Source: Iphione sp. A-MEVVRFRX5 (taxonomy: Eukaryota). Taken from it: a stretch of 64,000 bases of DNA. The stretch spans positions 37,076,001 to 37,140,000 of the forward strand of contig OZ320320.1 in the NCBI GenBank assembly GCA_976226885.1. The letters run 5' to 3'. Below, piece by piece: positions 62,601 to 64,000 of the stretch; position 1 is the first letter of the stretch; each line of letters opens with the position of its first letter. The notes beneath the pieces were generated by a model. It was not told the DNA's origin. It worked only from the letters and a program-made list of their open reading frames with translations, and did no database searches. A program made the translations under genes and the position numbers.

Positions 62601-64000
62601 AGCAGCAGATACTACGAGAAACACATCACTGTCCCCATTACCCAAGCTCTTCTGCTAAAAAGTGTTTTGTATGCCTTAGAGAACTGTATATTGCATGTAG
62701 TAGGTTACGTTTAATCCAACGGCACTTGCAAGAAATTTTGTCGCTTAGAAGTGCCTACCGACCACACAGAAGACAATTATTGAATGGACGAGCACCCACA
62801 CTTTGTTCTTCGATGTCTCTTTCCCATACTCAACACCACTTGATGAAAAGGTTATGCCTTATCACCAATGAACGATTCTCAATGTTCCCTGGCCTCCGGA
62901 GTGCTTCTTCTCCAGCCTCAGGGAACCCAATCAACAGGCTCGATCACAAAGACAGCGTGTTCTTATGATTGGAGGATATGCGTAAGGTAGGGTAGCGAGG
63001 ACCGGCAACTCGACAGATAGAAATCCATAACAGTTTGAGTAGCTCGTTGCCCGAGAATAGAACAGAGCCTTCCAACTATGGCTGTTACGTACATACATAA
63101 GTGGTGAGCCGCTCTCAACCTGAGCAAATGACAAACGGAGGAGCGGCAGCAGCATCCTCTCAGGGTGTCCTCTACCGACAGAATGCTGGGCCGGACCAGC
63201 AAGGATATTGACATCCGGGTAAAGTAAAGCTATTGACGAGCAGACTGGAGGAGTAGGTGTTGGACGGGCTGAGGGATGGGTGGGTGTACAGAGACGCCGA
63301 CTGAGGTCTTCTATTGCTTGTCACTTAGCTCTCCTTTCCCCACGCCTGCCTACAACGGCAACCACTCTTCCCAGTCGACCGCCCTCTGGTATACAAACAA
63401 GGACACCTCCATCGAGGGAACGATTAGGAGCTGTCGGCCCTCCAGGCAATAATGGTGAAGTCCTGTTCACCTTCTCTACGTACGCGGGAGGGCGTGCAGA
63501 AGGTGGAGGAGGTTATCAAGAACGAGGCTTTCAGGCACAGTGGAAAACCCTGCGGCTCTGGGCAACCGCCAGTACAAAACCAATCGAGTCAGTGGGAAAG
63601 CCGTCTACACTTGATAGATCTTCACTCTACCTTCCGAATCTCAGAGGCAGGCGACATCAGACCTGCCGCCTGGTGACATGGTCACAGACTAAGGATTGTG
63701 TCATAAGATTATTATGGAGCATTTCTATTTTTGCAGTAGCTGTCACTTCAATTCACCAAGCACCCACTGCTAGCTTCAAAGAACCTGTCAGACTTGATGA
63801 AGTCTTTTGGGCAGCATGCTGAAACCGGTAAATAAGCCCGTCCATTGTCCATGCACCCTTTTCTCATGTTTTCCTGCTGGAACTGGCCATCGCCTACTGG
63901 GTCCATCCTAGCCTCTCCCCATCTCCTCCTCTGCTAAAAAAAACAAACCATTTTTTTTACATGACCTGTCCCCCCTGGCCTTGCTCGCCTCCGTTTGAAC

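Noticed and set aside
63280-63822. 180-codon ORF on +
   Set aside because: GTG start, GC-rich, no recognisable motif or exon structure.

Overview
Eukaryotic (animal) genomic DNA, AT-rich with long introns; the frequent TACATGTA 8-mer and GA/CT tracts suggest a marine invertebrate (inference, taxon not determinable). Two convergent protein-coding genes can be assembled with consistent GT-AG sites and reading phases. (1) + strand: Mos Ser/Thr kinase, CDS join(1445..1655,2795..3158,5578..6100), 1098 nt, 365 aa, probably with an upstream 5' exon ending at 49. (2) - strand: a SOL-1 (suppressor of lurcher-1)-like CUB protein, CDS complement(join(14760..14869,18446..18660,20855..21026,25577..25615,28270..28460,36481..36676,58795..58912)), 1041 nt, 346 aa: signal peptide, only two CUB domains, and a GPI-signal-like hydrophobic tail, with a 22 kb first coding intron. 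The rest is intronic/intergenic: a TTA-flanked PIF/Harbinger-type non-autonomous element enclosing a ~41 bp minisatellite and a 131-N gap, RTE-like LINE relics (one with a 13 bp TSD), a ~0.7-0.8 kb intronic tandem duplication, microsatellites and purine/pyrimidine tracts, and several promoter-like motif clusters. No tRNA, rRNA, CRISPR array or intact transposase/RT was seen. I found no convincing wholly new biological system; the best leads are the two-CUB SOL-1-like architecture, the intron-containing mos with an upstream frame whose stop overlaps its start, and an orphan promoter-plus-donor between the two 3' ends.
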